From Hypanus sabinus (lineage: Eukaryota), in contig NC_082720.1 in NCBI RefSeq assembly GCF_030144855.1, positions 66,030,001-66,094,000 on the forward strand: a DNA stretch of 64,000 bases, given 5' to 3'. Position 1 is the stretch's first letter. Each line of letters starts with the position of its first letter. A program made the position numbers and the translations under genes. The notes beneath the pieces were generated by a model. The model made no database searches, was not told where the DNA came from, and saw only the letters and a list, made by a program, of their open reading frames with translations. This document shows, one piece after another, positions 62,600-64,000 of the stretch.

Positions 62600-63190
62600 A
62601 AGAATATCAAAGCTCACTGCAGGTTTTGGACCAACTGGGAAAATGAAATGATAAATTGCAGATGGAATTTAATGCAGGAAAGTGTGAGGTGTTATGCTTT
62701 GGCAGGACAAAGCAGAATAGATCTTACCCAGTTTGCAGAGGGGCACAGAGAAGAGTGGTAGGACATAGGGTTCTGGGAATACAGGTCATTCATTCCTTGA
62801 TAGTGCTTTCACAGAGGGATAGTGTCATTAAGAGATCTTTTGGCATATTGGCCTTCATAAATCCAAGTATTGAGTACAGGAGTTGGGATGTTATGTTGAA
62901 GTTGAGTAAGACATTGTTGAATGCCAAATTTGGAGTATTGTATGCAGTTCTTGTCACCTACCTACAGAAAACATATCACTAGGATTAACGCTCTACGGAG
63001 AAGATTTACAAAGATGTTGCTGGGAATGGAGGACGTGAGTTATAGGGAAAGTTTGAATATGTTAAGAATTTATTCCTTGGTGTGCAGGTGAATAAGAAGA
63101 AATCTTATCAAGATATACAAATTTATGAGGGGCATTGATAGGGAAAATATATGCGTGCTGTTTCTCCTGAGGTTGGGTAAAACCAGAACA
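62600..63190 (+). mobile_element. CR1 ORF2 3' fragment
   Basis: QMEFNAGKCEVLCFGRT...FINPSIEYRSWDVMLKL.KTL (62656..62982). Confidence 0.8.
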
Positions 63191-64000
63191 CATTTCTAAA
63201 AGTCATGCATTTATGTGGTTGAGACCAAATGTTTCATCTAATATTAACCTAATTTTCAGGATTCCCAGGTAACACTTTGATACTGCTTGAGATTTCATTA
63301 TTCTCAGAGTTCTGCTGTCTGTTCAGTTCTTTGACTTTAGCACCACATATGATCCTGAGATTCATTTTCCTGCAAGAACTTACAGGAAAATAAAGAAATA
63401 GAACTTTGGAAGAACTCTTCATAAATAAAGACTGAGAAACAATCAATGCGCAAAAAGACAAATTGTGAAAATAAAAAAAGTAAATAATATTGATAACATG
63501 AGTTGTAAAATCCTTGAAAGTGAGTCTTTAAGTTGTGGAATTAGTTCATTGTTCAGGTGAGTGGAGCCTGATTGTTGAAGGGTAAGATCAATTTCTGTGA
63601 AAGTATCTCAAAGAGAAATGAGAAGTAAGAGTATCATAATCTAAATTCCAGAGAACTAATGAGTCAGTACGTAATATTTTAAGTAGGTTTAAGTTGGCGA
63701 CAGAGGGTTTGATGATTTCCCTGCTTTTAGTTTAGCTTCTCTGATGATTGATATGAGGAGAAAAAGAAGCAACTACAATTGAATGAACAGTCTGTGAAAA
63801 AAAGTTAGAAGCTATGCCAACTACATCTTCAGCCTTTATTATAACTGTGAGTTGTAAGAAACAGAATGTTGTCTGAGATGGTGCCATGTTCAACTTATAA
63901 AGGAACATCTGACAAACAGTCAACATAGAAAATGCACCCTAGGATAAATGTTTACACCAGTGATCAGTGAATAGATTTATTCACCATATACACTCAGTAG

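Overview
This is eukaryotic genomic DNA, most likely from a cartilaginous fish and probably a ray. The inference rests on HE1/V-SINE-type SINEs, dense CR1 and Rex1/Babar LINEs, and Penelope relics; no prokaryotic features were seen. The one host gene I can reconstruct is a + strand, 10-coding-exon immunoglobulin-superfamily receptor (4642-34628, about 557 aa without leader) whose reading frame stays open across all hand-inferred GT-AG junctions. Its ectodomain has the CD4/LAG-3-type V-C2-V-C2 layout with a WxC motif in D4. After the transmembrane helix comes a tail of about 119 aa built from five small exons, carrying four tyrosine motifs (LYAN, EYMSV, IHYGSI, VIYAPI; the last two are canonical ITIMs) and no Lck-binding CxC clasp. 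D1 has no cysteine and D2 has lost one of its pair. Most of the rest is decayed, deeply nested transposons: a Gypsy>CR1>Vingi-like stack filling one 9.15-kb intron, and a Gmr1-like LTR element (integrase before RT, tRNA-Pro primer site) inserted in a Rex1 copy and itself split by a full-length CR1. There are also two minisatellites and a 141-N assembly gap. Exon boundaries come from reading splice signals and frame by hand and are not confirmed by transcripts. TE boundaries without a TSD or LTR end are approximate.
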